Shown piece after piece: positions 28,326 to 39,879 of a stretch of 64,000 bases of DNA. Under the pieces are notes generated by a model. It did not search any database and was not told where the DNA came from. It saw only the letters and a list, made by a program, of their open reading frames with translations. The first letter of the stretch is position 1. Every line of letters starts with the position of its first letter. Source of the DNA: Tubulanus polymorphus (lineage: Eukaryota > Animalia > Nemertea); assembly GCF_964204645.1 (NCBI RefSeq), contig NC_134025.1, positions 1,426,001-1,490,000 of the forward strand. Reading direction: 5' to 3'. Both the position numbers and the translations under genes were made by a program.

Positions 28326-29295
28326 TTTGTGTATTGAATTATATTTCAAGTTTGTTTATTAAAATTTATTATGAATATAGAACGCTAGGATAAGTTGTTA
28401 CGATCGCTATGAAGGTTCAATACTTAATTAGTATTTTACATTAATCATACTCGCTGATGTGATGTAGTCTGGTATTAGTAGTATATATAAGTCTGTATGG
28501 TTCTGATCAGATTTGTACATGACATCGATTTACAATGCTCCCGCAAAATTCTTGTTATGATTATTTCTTTCCTTTTTCGGTAGTTTTAGATCGATGAAAC
28601 CTTCTCGAGTTGAAGAAAGAAATCTGTGACATTTTCATCTTTAGATTGATATTATTGTGTACGATATTTGTGTATTTATTCATTTGGAATCTTTTTCCGA
28701 TTAGTAATTTATAATTTAATTAGCAGATACTCAATAGAATCTCGGGAAACATTACGTTTGTATTGTCTTCCGGGATTTAATGAATATTTCTTAAACCATT
28801 TTAAATGGTAAAACTGTAAGTGAAACTTACATCGAACTAGATAGAATGTTCTAATTGTGTAAAACTTCATGAAAAAGAAAATTCGAAGAAACTAATAATT
28901 TATTGGATCTAGTTCCTAGATCTAGTTTGGATCTAGTTGTTTTGGATTGAGATATAACGTAACCAGGAACCGGGGAACTGGATCCCGATTTTCTGATTTT
29001 AAGGACACAAATGCTCTCCGAAATATTGTGTAAAATGATTTTAATAATCTATTAGAAAATGTAGTAAAAATTATTCACAAAATGATATAAAAAGATGTGC
29101 CATTACCCGTCAAAGTAACCCGTCTATATGTTATATAACTGTGAGGCAAATGAAGGTCATTTATATTGTTATTGATTATTTATTGTAAAACGAATTGTAC
29201 CCAGATTTCTCTTCAATGTGCTATTAGATATCATGTAATATTTATAAATATTTTGGGCGGTTTGAATCACGTCTCTGTTCGTTCACCTATTGAAA

Positions 29296-29297
<2 letters not shown>

Positions 29298-29333
<36 letters not shown>
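29298..29333. repeat. (TAT)n microsatellite
   Basis: About 12 TAT/TTA units. Confidence 0.9.
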
Positions 29334-29334
<1 letters not shown>

Positions 29335-29406
29335 AACAATATTCGGTATTTAACATTATTCTGATTATTTATTTGTTCAGTTTCAATTTTTTGAGCATTT
29401 TACACG

Positions 29407-29412
29407 AATAAA
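29407..29412 (+). terminator. Candidate polyadenylation signal of the E75 3' UTR
   Basis: AATAAA about 2.4 kb after the stop codon, followed by T/GT-rich sequence. Confidence 0.35.
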
Positions 29413-30761
29413 GATGCTATAAAATTGAAATTTAATCTTGTATATTTTTGTGCTATTGGAGTGTTATCGTCATTAGTGGAAATAGAGGCCCCGTGCAGAA
29501 AGATCAAATATTCCAATCTTGTGAAAGTGGAAAAATTCTTTCATCTAAGTAACATCGGTGTACTCTGCTTGATGCGTTGCCAATATTCGACCAGTTTCAT
29601 TGATTTAGGGTAAAAAGACCAAAAATCGAAAAAAAGTAAAATCGAACCGTTTCTTAAAGAAACCAAATTCTTAAGATGGACTTTCCGAAATTCACATGAC
29701 GCCAAACAGACATTGTATCCTCGATGAAATGAGCTTCATAAAAGAGAGCAGGTTCGCGGTGTCCTCGGGCTCTGCCTCTCCACCAGAACATCAATAATTC
29801 AGTAGAACTCTACAAGATTACATCACAATACCAGTTGTAACTTTGATGTAGATGACATTACAAATATTACGGTGTATTTATTTTGAATCTGTTGCTCTTC
29901 GTTGGTTTAAACTTTTCTCTGATCAATTCAACAGAAATATATACATTGTATATTGATTATAAAATACGCATCAAAATCATAACGCCAATTTCATCTATTC
30001 TCTGGAGCGATAGCCACGAAAACATCCTTTATACAACTTATAATTGTGTCACATCGTCGAATTCCTCGCCCATATAATTGCGAAATGGATTTGAATCCTG
30101 AGGCAATGCCTGTTCTATCGGCAAATATTCCTTAAATATGTAGCTGTAAAGCCGAGTGATAACCGACGAGTTCGCGGCATCATTGGTGTAACTCTTTTAC
30201 CGGAGTTATGGATAGAATGGAAATAATATTGTTGATTGGTATCGGTGACAAGTTCGTGTTCGTACCTGATATGACATGTACACTACGTCGGTTTATTCAA
30301 AACCCTATGATTTACCTTTCGATCAGAGTTCGAACAAGCACTTTGAGACCAAAAGTTAAATTGAATTGATGTGTATCGGATTCAAACCCAAAACCTTGAG
30401 AACTTGAAGGACGGCTGTGTTCCGGTATGGAGAGCCCAAAAGGCCTCATATTGTTCAATCACTGCGGGCATGTCGATGTAGGCCGTCTTTTTGACCGAAC
30501 GGCTCCGATTTCAAAACAATGAACATAGTATAGTTAAAATTCGATGCGAGAAAGGATAACTTTTCTCGTCGATATTATGAATAATCGGTGCCTCTTCCAG
30601 TTAGCAGAGCCTTGTCAGCCCTTGCTGAAATCAAATATAATCAAATATTGAATGAATTACACCGAGTGCCCCGTTACATTCATATTAAAAAAAACCGATT
30701 ATTGTATGATTTTTTTTTTGGGAGGGGGGGAGGAAATAAAGATGATTGATAAACTTGAGGC

Positions 30762-31135
30762 GTTTCGTGTTTGCCGTGCACCGGGCAACAACTATATACT
30801 GAACTGTAGTTCTCGAATAGTTCTATCTTCTCTGAAAGTTTCAGAGACTTTGACCGTTTTGTATTTTACTTATTAATTTCCAAACAATATTATTGATATT
30901 TTGGGGTCTTTGGGCGTCAATTAGACCCCAAGGAGCCCTTGCACCGGGCAACAACTATATACTGGGCTGTAGCTCTTGTTTAGATCTATCTTCTCTGAAA
31001 GTTTCAGAGACTTTGAACATTTTGTATTTTACTTATTTATTTCTAAACATTATTATTGATATTTTGGGGTCTTTGGGCGTCAATTAGAACCCCAAGGAGC
31101 CCTTGCACCGGGCAACAACTATATACTGGGCTGTG
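30762..31135. repeat. ~164-bp tandem repeat (about 2.2 copies) with a terminal hairpin, possibly a Helitron/Helentron-derived element
   Basis: TGCACCGGGCAACAACTATATACTG recurs at 30777, 30940 and 31104. A TTGCC-N8-GGCAA hairpin lies near the left end. Confidence 0.7.
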
Positions 31136-32128
31136 CAAATGATAGATGAATTGATGAAATAAGTTGTATATTCCCAATCTAATTTTAACGTAAAATATCT
31201 TTTTATTCAATAACAGTGCAAAAAATACACATTAAAAACCACTAAAAAATGTATAATAAATTTGAATCGAGTGATGAAATAAATTTGAATCCAGTGCTCA
31301 CTTCAGGACGGTGCCTTTGGTGCCCGGCCCTGGCGGATTGAAAAATGTGCAATTGGCAATTTGCAACATACAAGCATGTCCCTCAGTTCTTCCATACAAA
31401 ACGGACATTATCAAATCTCAGGGCGAAATACAAAATTGAAAATTTCAGTCACGGTCTGACAGTCAGTGGCAAGCGAGGATCCACCAAAAAACTCTAGCAA
31501 CTAAAGTCTATTTATTTTTGATTGTCCACGATTTTTTTAGCAACTCTAGCTGGCATGTCCCTCCAGGAATTCCATACCATTACCATATGCCGAGTGTATA
31601 GAGGTGACGTCGTGTCAGTGTTTTATCATGCGGTAACTTCGAAATGTTCAGAGATATTTCTATAGATCACTATATTTCAATGGTACCTGCCCGGTCTTTA
31701 TGCTGGATGTATACAGGGGTGACGTCACGATCGACCCGCATGTGTATCAGCGCGGAACGTTACACAAACTGCAATATAAAACCATTCAAAGGTAAGAGAC
31801 AACAGCGCAGCTGCCGATTGGTCAATATTGAAATACGCCACCGGTCGACAGTTAGTAGAATCGCTAGGCCAGTCATTCACCTCAGGCTCTTCACACCGTG
31901 TAGACACTATGCTGACGTGGATTCTCCTCCTGGCGTTCTTCTTCGCGATTACGCTGCGCTCTACAAGCTGGTTCCTTCATGAGGAACGACGTCTTTATGT
32001 TTTACGTGATACTGTTCGTCTCTGTGCTGTCCTGTGCTGTTCTGTGTTTATTAATCCGTTCTATTTTTCAGCGATTAACCCGTTTAATTTTTCAGGGCCG
32101 ATTTCTCTGTCGATTTTCAACGTTCTAT

Positions 32129-32901
32129 GGAACAAAACTAATGTCCGAAAGCATCGGCTCTCCGTCCGGTCACGTGCAGAGGATACCAGAAAAAGAGTCA
32201 GTCAGGAAATGCTGCCCTCTACATGCCCTCGCATGGAACACGAAAACCAAGACGACAACTGCTTCACTTCAACATCTCACTGCAGAGTGTGCTGAGTGAT
32301 GTCAATGACGGGCATATCTGTTGGATTACACAGGGTTAAAATGGAGTGGTTATACTGGACTGTCACGCTACTAGTATTCATTGTGTCCTTGTGACCGCTC
32401 GGATGAGGGATGATTCTACTGTCACGCTCTTTGTTTCTGGTATTCTGAGTCGGCTGAGGGATGATTCTACTGACGCGCTCTTTGATTTCTAGTTTGAGTG
32501 CTAGTTTTCATTGTGTCCTTGTGACAACCTCGGTCAGAGATGAAGTCTCTTGTCGGCTTGTGAGTGCTAGTTTCATTGTGTCCTTGTGACAACCTCGGGC
32601 AGTGGATGAAGTCTCTTGTCACGCTTTTGAGTGCTAGTTGAGATCTTGAATCTCGATTCGGTCAATCTGGTTGTACTGCGCTGTTTTAGTGTTGTGCAAT
32701 CTGATAGGTTTGTCAGTTACTGACGTCGCTCAGCACATCCTGTAGTTAGATGGTGATTTTGAAGCGGTTGTCGTCTTGGTTTTTCGCGTTCTGTGTGAGG
32801 GCATGTAGAGGGCAGCGAATCCCTGGCTGACTCTTTTTCTGGCATCCTCCGCACATGACCGGCGAAGGAGAACCGACGCTTTCGGACATTTGTTTTGTTC
32901 C
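32129..32901. repeat. Long diverged inverted repeat (arms about 32129-32309 and 32716-32901) with a repetitive spacer
   Basis: The left arm GGAACAAAACTAATGTCCGAAAGCATCGG...GCTGAGTGATGTCA aligns with the reverse complement of the right arm, GGAACAAAACAAATGTCCGAAAGCGTCGG...GCTGAGCGACGTCA. Confidence 0.85.
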
Positions 32902-33009
32902 GTACAGGTTTTCATCTCTGTTCTTTCTTTTCATTTCAGGACTCCCCAGAAGACGACGATGAAGAAGACAAAAGATGACTAAGAAAGAATCTACAACAAG
33001 AAGATACTG

Positions 33010-33628
33010 AACTCGGCAATCTTGAGAAAGTTAAGTTGATACACATGTCAATTACAATTAATCAAAGAATTGTGTGACTTCAGAAATGTCTTTTTTTTAC
33101 TATTTCAGGTAAACTTAATCTGAACAGGCCCATCACCATGATTAAGAAGATGACAGAGACACCATAGGACGATAAAAAAAGGATGCTCTGCAATTTTAAG
33201 AAAGTTCAGTTGATACACATGTCAATTACAATTAATCAAAGAATTGTCTGACTACAGAAATGTCTTTTTTTACTATTTCAGGTAAACTTAATCTGAACAG
33301 GCCCATCACCATAATTAAAAAGATGACGGAGACACCATAGGACGATGAAAAAAGGATGCTTGGCAATCTTAAGAAAGTTAAGTTGATACACATGTCAATT
33401 ACAATTAATCAAAGAATTGTCTGTCTACAGAAATGTATTTTTTTACTATTTCAGGTAAACTTAATCTGAACAGGCCCATCACCATGATTAAGCAGATGAC
33501 GAAGACACCATAGGACGATGAAAAAAGGATGCTCGGCAATTTTAAGAAAGTTAAGTTGATACACATGTCAATTACAATTAATCAAAGAATTGTATGACTA
33601 CGGAAATGTCATTTTTTACTATTTCAGT
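33010..33628. repeat. ~173-bp tandem repeat (about 3.5 copies), each unit shaped like an intron plus exon
   Basis: GATACACATGTCAATTAC recurs at 33038, 33212, 33385 and 33558. Each unit contains TTTTTACTATTTCAG. Confidence 0.9.
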
Positions 33629-35807
33629 ACTGATGCGGAGGAAAAAAATTGACGTCCAGATGAGAAGTTGTGGAGCCAGCAGCAGCGAGTTACCGCCCAA
33701 CGATGGATTTCTTCTCAACAAGATGGTGGATTACTACAAACATTATGATTCAGGAGCAGCAGTAGCGGATCTTATAAGCAATCGAGGAGCAGCGTGGACA
33801 ATAGCGCATCTTAAAAACACTGATCCAGGAGCAGCAGAGACAATAGTGTATCTTATAAACACTTGAGGTGTAGCTAGTGAATCCTATAAACACTCGAGGA
33901 GCAGCTAGTGCCTCTTATAAACACTTGATGAGCAGCTAGTGCAACTTATAAACACTAAGGAGCAACAGAGACAATAATGGACTTCAAAGCATACGTAGTA
34001 AAGTAATGATCTATTTTTACACTTCACACTTGTACAAACTGGTCTAGTCAGAAATGTAGTTCACGAAATTTACCACATTACAGTCTACTTGTTGGTAGTG
34101 GTAAAACAGAGTATGAATTATTTAATGAAATTGAAGTTAGGATAATTAGGGTTCTGTGGTCTTAGAAGGAACTATCTATGTTTCAATATTTCAATAAAAT
34201 CCCATCCAAATGCTTTTTATTGATTGGGTGAACTGTTGTCGAGAGGACTAATGAATTTGTAAACAGTCATTCTGTTTTGTGATCTGATTTAAGTTCCTTC
34301 TTAGTCTCATAAAATCTAGCTGCATGATTTTGATCTTTGCTCCCAGATAGATTAGTTAAGTTAGGTTGGTGACGCTGTTTAAATGATCGCGTCCACTGAC
34401 TAGTTTCGACTCAGGTCGGTTGAGTTGCGCCTTAACAGAGATATATCAACATGATATTGTGAACTTAAGTTCAGATAATTAATTTTTAATACTTAGTTGA
34501 GCATAGCTTTGAATGATTTGTGATGATAATGACATACAAACCTGGATGAATTGATCTTTTAGTCTTCTATCAACCAACCTTAGAAATAGTGGTTCATTTT
34601 ATATTGCCTTAGTGTGAAATAATGTGCTTAGCCTGAACCTTAAGTAGTCAGGATTTTAAAGAGTTGTATGTGCGAAAATATGTCGACATGAAATTTTAGA
34701 CTTTTAGACACAATAAAAAAGTTGATATACGTAATATTCTCGTTTTTTGGATTTTAATGATATTTTAAAAATAATGACTTGGCCAAAAAGTGTGGGGTCC
34801 CGCCTACAGTTCTGTACATACTGGCTATGCTTTTTTAACAGTTGTTTGAAAACCCAATTTCTTCGATTGGAAATCATTTAATTTAATTTTATCTTGGATG
34901 ACTGACCAATCCGGTGCGCCTTAAAAGTTGTACCAAAATTTTTTAGAGCAGATGTATAACGTTAACCGCTTTGAGTTCATAACATTCTTTCTGTTGTTCT
35001 GCGTCAAAATGAGTACAGAACTGTAAAATGTACTATTCACATGGCTTTGATTTTTCAAAGGCCCATATTAGGGAAGTTGTATAACATGACGGATTTGACC
35101 AATGAGTTGACTATTTCGATTTTCAAGCGAATTTCATTATGTTTGAAAACCTTGAAAGCTAAGACGAGGCAAAGTTTGCAAAATTAGTTTTCTTCAAATA
35201 AATTAATGATTTAATGATATTGACTTTTATCACTTGGGGTGACACTTTCTCATATTTGGGAATTTTGAATATTGGTCAGTGTGGTCGATTTATGAATTTA
35301 CAATGGTATAATGAATTTACAATGACACTAAACGTTTAGTCTGACACTAAACGCGGTATATCGTTCTCATATTCGAGAAGTTTGAATTGGTCAGTGGTGG
35401 TCAGTGATGGTCAATTTATGAACTTATTAAAGAAATTTGTGGTTTGAATAGAACAGCGATCAGTGATTGGCTGACTTGGCCAACTTGTCACACCCTGCGC
35501 AATTTAAAATGACTTGATGTATTATGGCTGCTGACTAGCTTTATCTCCCGATAGCCGTCATCGTAAAGCAATTCTGTTGTAAATTAGTAGAAATAAAAAG
35601 CGATAAAGATCTTAATAGATCCGCGAAGAGTGGATGTATTAGGATCGTAGCTATATCGGCATGATGGAATGACCAGAGGATCTTGTAATGGAAATCGAAA
35701 CCCTATGACTGTGACTGCGAAGTTCTCGTTTTCAATCAGAACACAACAAACATACGACATTTGATATCAGCAAACCAATAACTGATCGTGCAGTGCATAT
35801 GGAACAT

Positions 35808-36589
35808 CGGTATTCGAAAAACGCCTAATGAAAAACACCGAATCGGAAAACGCATAACGCCTAATTCATAGTAACATCCAAGAAATTGACCTAAATCCCT
35901 ACGTGAACTATGTACGCAACGCTACATAGTTCACGTCGGAGTGCGTGGAGCGCCGCCCATTCCATCTTCGTTTCTACTGTCTTTGGTTACACAGGCTTAT
36001 CTGTGTTATCATTTCATATTAAGACAGAGTATTATGATTATAAAAGACATCATATTTTTTATATGGAACATAAAGTTTATTATTTTTTGTTCAAGGAAGT
36101 TCAGGGGCTGGACATTATTTAGTCTCTCATTGGTTCGGTAGGTTCACATTAGCGTGGTTGTGAACAGTTTTGGAGGATAATTTTGAGAAAGGCTATTTTA
36201 TCAGTCTTTGTGTGCGTTGTACCTACGAGCGTAGGTTGTACCATAGTTATGCATTCCGGTTTCAAAATTCAAGAAAGCCGGTTTATAACCGCGGCGTTTG
36301 TTTTCGCGTTATCATAGAAGTGTAAACTGTTTCAGTTTACACTTCTATGGCGTTATGTAATAATTGCTTGCACGGCGGACATTCTATCATCATCCTATAA
36401 TGAAGTTTATTAGAGTAGTAGTCTCGTTTCGTGAAGCGTAAAACACATGTATTTTCAAACTTTTCCGTTGATGAGTTGGATTGTGAGTCTCAGTAGATGG
36501 TGCAATTACGAAATTAGGTCATTTTCTAGGAATTAGGCGTTATGCGTTTTCCGATTCGGTGTATTTCATTAGGCGTTTTTCGAGTACCG
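35808..36589. mobile_element. Mutator/MULE-like non-autonomous element with ~60-bp TIRs and a 10-bp TSD
   Basis: The TIR CGGTATTCGAAAAACGCCTAATGAAAAACACCGAATCGGAAAACGCATAACGCCTAATTC is mirrored at the right end. An exact TATGGAACAT lies on both sides (35798-35807, 36590-36599). Confidence 0.9.
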
Positions 36590-36915
36590 TATGGAACATT
36601 GAAATAAAAGTCAATTTGTAAATTCTTTTGTCCATATCTCCGTGGTCTGCCGTTCAATGTCCATTTCTACGCCCGATTCCCGACTTTAATAGTAATTGGT
36701 TATAATTTGTCAGTGTCTCTTTGTGTTGATATTCTATTGCCGTGTCTGTCCTGTGTAATTTCGTCATAATACGGATGAAATAAATTTTGAATTGAATTGA
36801 TTAAATTGGTCCGTACTGGAATCCGAATCCTAATCCGGAGTGAGCCCTGTGTATTGAATTTAATTAAAAGCAACAACAGCAAATACAAGCCAAGGAAGCC
36901 ATCGTAGTTATAATC

Positions 36916-37996
36916 ATGGTCTGCGAAAAATGTGAGTACTTTCAATGGATCTAAGAGTATTTTAAGTATTTTAAATGCATATATGGATAGGGGAGTTTAT
37001 CAACTACAAATAGTAGCCTACTACCACAGAGTCTCCGATCATGAAAATAAGCCAGTCCACCGCGCACTGACGACAGGCACTGCTGCACTGCCACTAACTA
37101 GAGTGACAGAGGTTACTGACTTATATGTTGATGTTGTATATTTGAATTTTTAAGGTCAGAATAAGCTTGGTAAAGTAATAACACCGGACACGTGGAAATC
37201 AGGTGCTAGAAACACAACAGGTACTCCAATTATCATTACATCAGGCTTCCTCTGGATTGGGAGGCATCTTGGTCCAACAACAGCCTTGCTCGGGCTATTC
37301 TGTTATTAGACTGGCAATAATTGATGAATTGTTTTATAATTATAGAAGGTGGAGGTCGAAAGGTTGGTGAAAATAAGGCTTTAACTTCGAAGAAGAACAG
37401 GTAAAAACTATAGAATTAAAACATTGCAGGAAAATTTTACTTATTTATTTTTGTCGTATAATCTCAACCTATGTTTTACTGATTTCAGATTTTCACCTTA
37501 CGAATCATTCGCAAAATGCAGAATTTGTAAAACGTCAGTTCATCAGAAAGGATCTCATTACTGTCAGGCATGCGCTTATAAGAAAGGTACGATTAAAAAT
37601 TTAATAACCAACTCAGTGGGATAAGGCTTGTGATGCTGTTGCATTCACTAGTGCTGACTGAAACGCGGGTTCGAATCCTACTGGCTGCTTGCAACATGCG
37701 GGTAACAGTTCAAAAGCCTTGATCCTGTTGTGAGGTCAACGAACAATAGTCTTGGGAAACCAAAACCCGAAGAGAAACTCATAATTTAGAGCCAAATGAA
37801 ACAAAACAAACTGAAAGACACTTGTGTGAAAAAAAAAACAATAGAAATGAAGAAATATTTAATTTTTACAAAAATTACAACAATAACAAAAATACTGATT
37901 AATACTGAATGTGGATATTGATGTTTTACAGGTATCTGCGCTATGTGCGGCAAGAAAGTATTAGAAACAAAAAACTATCGTCAATCATCAACATGA
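36916..37996 (+). CDS. CRIPT: Cysteine-rich PDZ-binding protein CRIPT, 5 coding exons
   Basis: Exons 36916-36931, 37155-37220, 37346-37400, 37489-37586 and 37932-37996 give MVCEKCQNKLGKVITPDTWKSGARNTTEGGGRKVGENKALTSKKNRFSPYESFAKCRICKTSVHQKGSHYCQACAYKKGICAMCGKKVLETKNYRQSST. Confidence 0.96.
37608..37690 (+). mobile_element. tRNA-related SINE head fragment in CRIPT intron 4
   Basis: A-box-like CAACTCAGTGG and an exact B box GGTTCGAATCC (37668-37678). No complete cloverleaf is evident. Confidence 0.5.
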
Positions 37997-38138
37997 AAAA
38001 AAAAAAACATAAACAAGAGAAACATCATAAACAAGAGATCAGTTCAGTTGCTGCTCAGTTCAACAGTTGGATTAAGTTAACTATCAGTTAATGATGCAGT
38101 TTTGAAACTGGTTAACGCTAACTAACTCTAGAATCCTG

Positions 38139-38265
38139 GGGCCAGTTGCTCAAAAGTTGGTTAGATTTAACCAGTGGATAGTTGACATAGTGACAATCAA
38201 AAGTTCATTGTTACTATGGTATTTATCCGCTGGTTATCTTTAACCAACTTTTGAGCAACCGGCCC
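38139..38265. mobile_element. PIF/Harbinger-like palindromic MITE with a CTG target duplication
   Basis: CTG|GGGCCAGTTGCTCAAAAGTTGGTTA ... TAACCAACTTTTGAGCAACCGGCCC|CTG. Almost the whole element folds back on itself. Confidence 0.85.
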
Positions 38266-38430
38266 CTGTTCAACAGTTGTGAGTTAAGATTTAACTCGGA
38301 GTTAGCCTAAGTCCCACTGGTGAGTTAACTCGAACTCGCAACTGTTGAACGAATTGTAGGGAAATGAGTTTAAACCCTGGATTCAAATATGGAACTAGAT
38401 CCACAATAATTGTATTCATTGTACAGTAAT

Positions 38431-38436
<6 letters not shown>

Positions 38437-38468
<32 letters not shown>

Positions 38469-38470
38469 TA
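38437..38470. repeat. (TA)n microsatellite
   Basis: Directly visible. Confidence 0.9.
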
Positions 38471-38546
38471 TTATTTTATCTCTTAATTGGAAATATTACT
38501 TGTAAATAAATGTATATATAACATATAAACATTGATTGTTGAGACT

Positions 38547-39184
38547 TTAAATGCATTTCGTCGCCAGTTGATCAATTTCGGAATTCCTCTCCAAACTCAC
38601 GAAACAGTTGAACAGATTATGAGGATCTACAAGAAAAAATGATTGGCAATTATTTTCTAGGTGGTATTATTACCAAACGCCCCCCCCCCCCCACATTTGC
38701 AGCCTAGATCCTGCATCACTTCAGTCATTTCATCCATACTCCACATGTGTTCAGGGCTTCACCAGAGACATTTGTGAACACTTCACTGAAGAATATGAAA
38801 GGGCCACAGAAAACTAGATTACAAACCTTCAATGAATTGTTGCTGTTGTTGAGACGACTCAAAAACCGAATGAAATTTTGTCGAATTGAACCTAATCATC
38901 ATTTTCTCATTACAACTTTCGCAAAAGTTATCTCTGTATTTCGAGATCAGTTCTTTAAGCCAGACGGAATCAGAGCCGTGCAAATAGTCAAACTCGTCCA
39001 TATCGTGATTGATATAACACAGAGACATCAGTACAATCGGATGGATTTTAAAATAATTTGTTTGAAGTTTCATTAAGGATGCAGGAGGTATTAAACGTCG
39101 ATGTATTGAGACATCTTTCTTGTAGATAGAAGGGAGTCGGGTTGAGGACGTCTTCCATGTCTGCGTTGAGGCGTCGGTTTTCAT
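38547..39184 (-). CDS. Unrecognised 146-aa protein, two coding exons
   Basis: Exon 39184-38827 (ATG...TTC ATT GAA G|GTTTGT) splices in phase to exon 38626-38547 (TTTTTCTTGTAG|AT CCT CAT...TGC ATT TAA). The protein reads MKTDASTQTWK...QQQFIEDPHNLFNCFVSLERNSEIDQLATKCI. It lies head-to-head with GTF2H5. Confidence 0.6.
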
Positions 39185-39299
39185 TATCTTTTTTCTATGG
39201 GATGGTATTCAACCGAACAGACACAGGATTTGAAGAAAGTAAAAATGAAATTTTAATTTGAAAAAGTGAAAGCTCTACGACCTTGAGATGTGTAGATAA

Positions 39300-39441
39300 T
39301 CCTAAAAAGCCGGATTTTGACAGGTAGGAATATGGTTCTGAATTGAGGTGGCAGCACAGTCCAGTGTGGTACGTACATTTGGCGGTCCGGGCATTGCTAC
39401 AAAATAAAACTGAATTATTTGTCACCTAAATACGTTTACAG
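39300..39441. promoter_or_regulatory. Probable bidirectional promoter and non-coding first exon of GTF2H5
   Basis: GC/CpG-richer stretch between divergent genes. A donor CAG|GTAAAT at 39441/39442 and an acceptor TTTGTCTTACAG at 39642 precede the GTF2H5 ATG. Confidence 0.5.
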
Positions 39442-39663
39442 GTAAATATTCGGGGAATTATCGCTATAGTATTGAGATATGATATAACCTGATGAATTAT
39501 CATTTGTCAATTTGTAGCAAATCCGATGAATTCATACATTATTTTCCACTGTACGCATACTTTGTTCAAAAAAATACCGTTGGTGGCAGCACATTACGGT
39601 ATTGATTATTAAGAGCTAATTAGTCGGTATTTTGTCTTACAGAATCAAGGAAGATTTACAACT

Positions 39664-39879
39664 ATGGTAAACGTAACGAAAGGAGTTTTAGTGGAATGTG
39701 ATCCAGCAATGAAACAATTTCTGTTACATTTAGACGAAGTAAATGCACTTGGAAGGAAATTCATAATTGTTGATTTAGACGATACTCATCTATTTGTATC
39801 GGCAGAAATCGTCCCCACACTACAAGAACGTATTGACGATTTGATGGATAGTTTGTCTTTCCCACTATCTGAAAAATAG
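39664..39879 (+). CDS. GTF2H5: General transcription factor IIH subunit 5 (TFB5/TTDA/p8)
   Basis: 71 aa, [46 protein letters not shown]..., a typical TFB5 sequence. Single coding exon, with AATAAA at about 39961. Confidence 0.97.
   Translation: MVNVTKGVLVECDPAMKQFLLHLDEVNALGRKFIIVDLDDTHLFVSAEIVPTLQERIDDLMDSLSFPLSEK

Noticed and set aside
31644-32299. Overlapping 106-155-aa ORFs
   Set aside because: No recognisable domain, and they run across intron-like T-rich tracts. Only the inverted-repeat structure is reported.
37608-37690. Possible tRNA gene
   Set aside because: A B box is present but I could not build convincing acceptor or anticodon stems. Treated as a SINE fragment.
37976-37996. 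CRIPT ends in YRQSST instead of the vertebrate PDZ ligand YKQTSV
   Set aside because: As I recall, similar non-Val endings occur in other invertebrate CRIPTs, so this is unlikely to be novel. An alignment would be needed to confirm.
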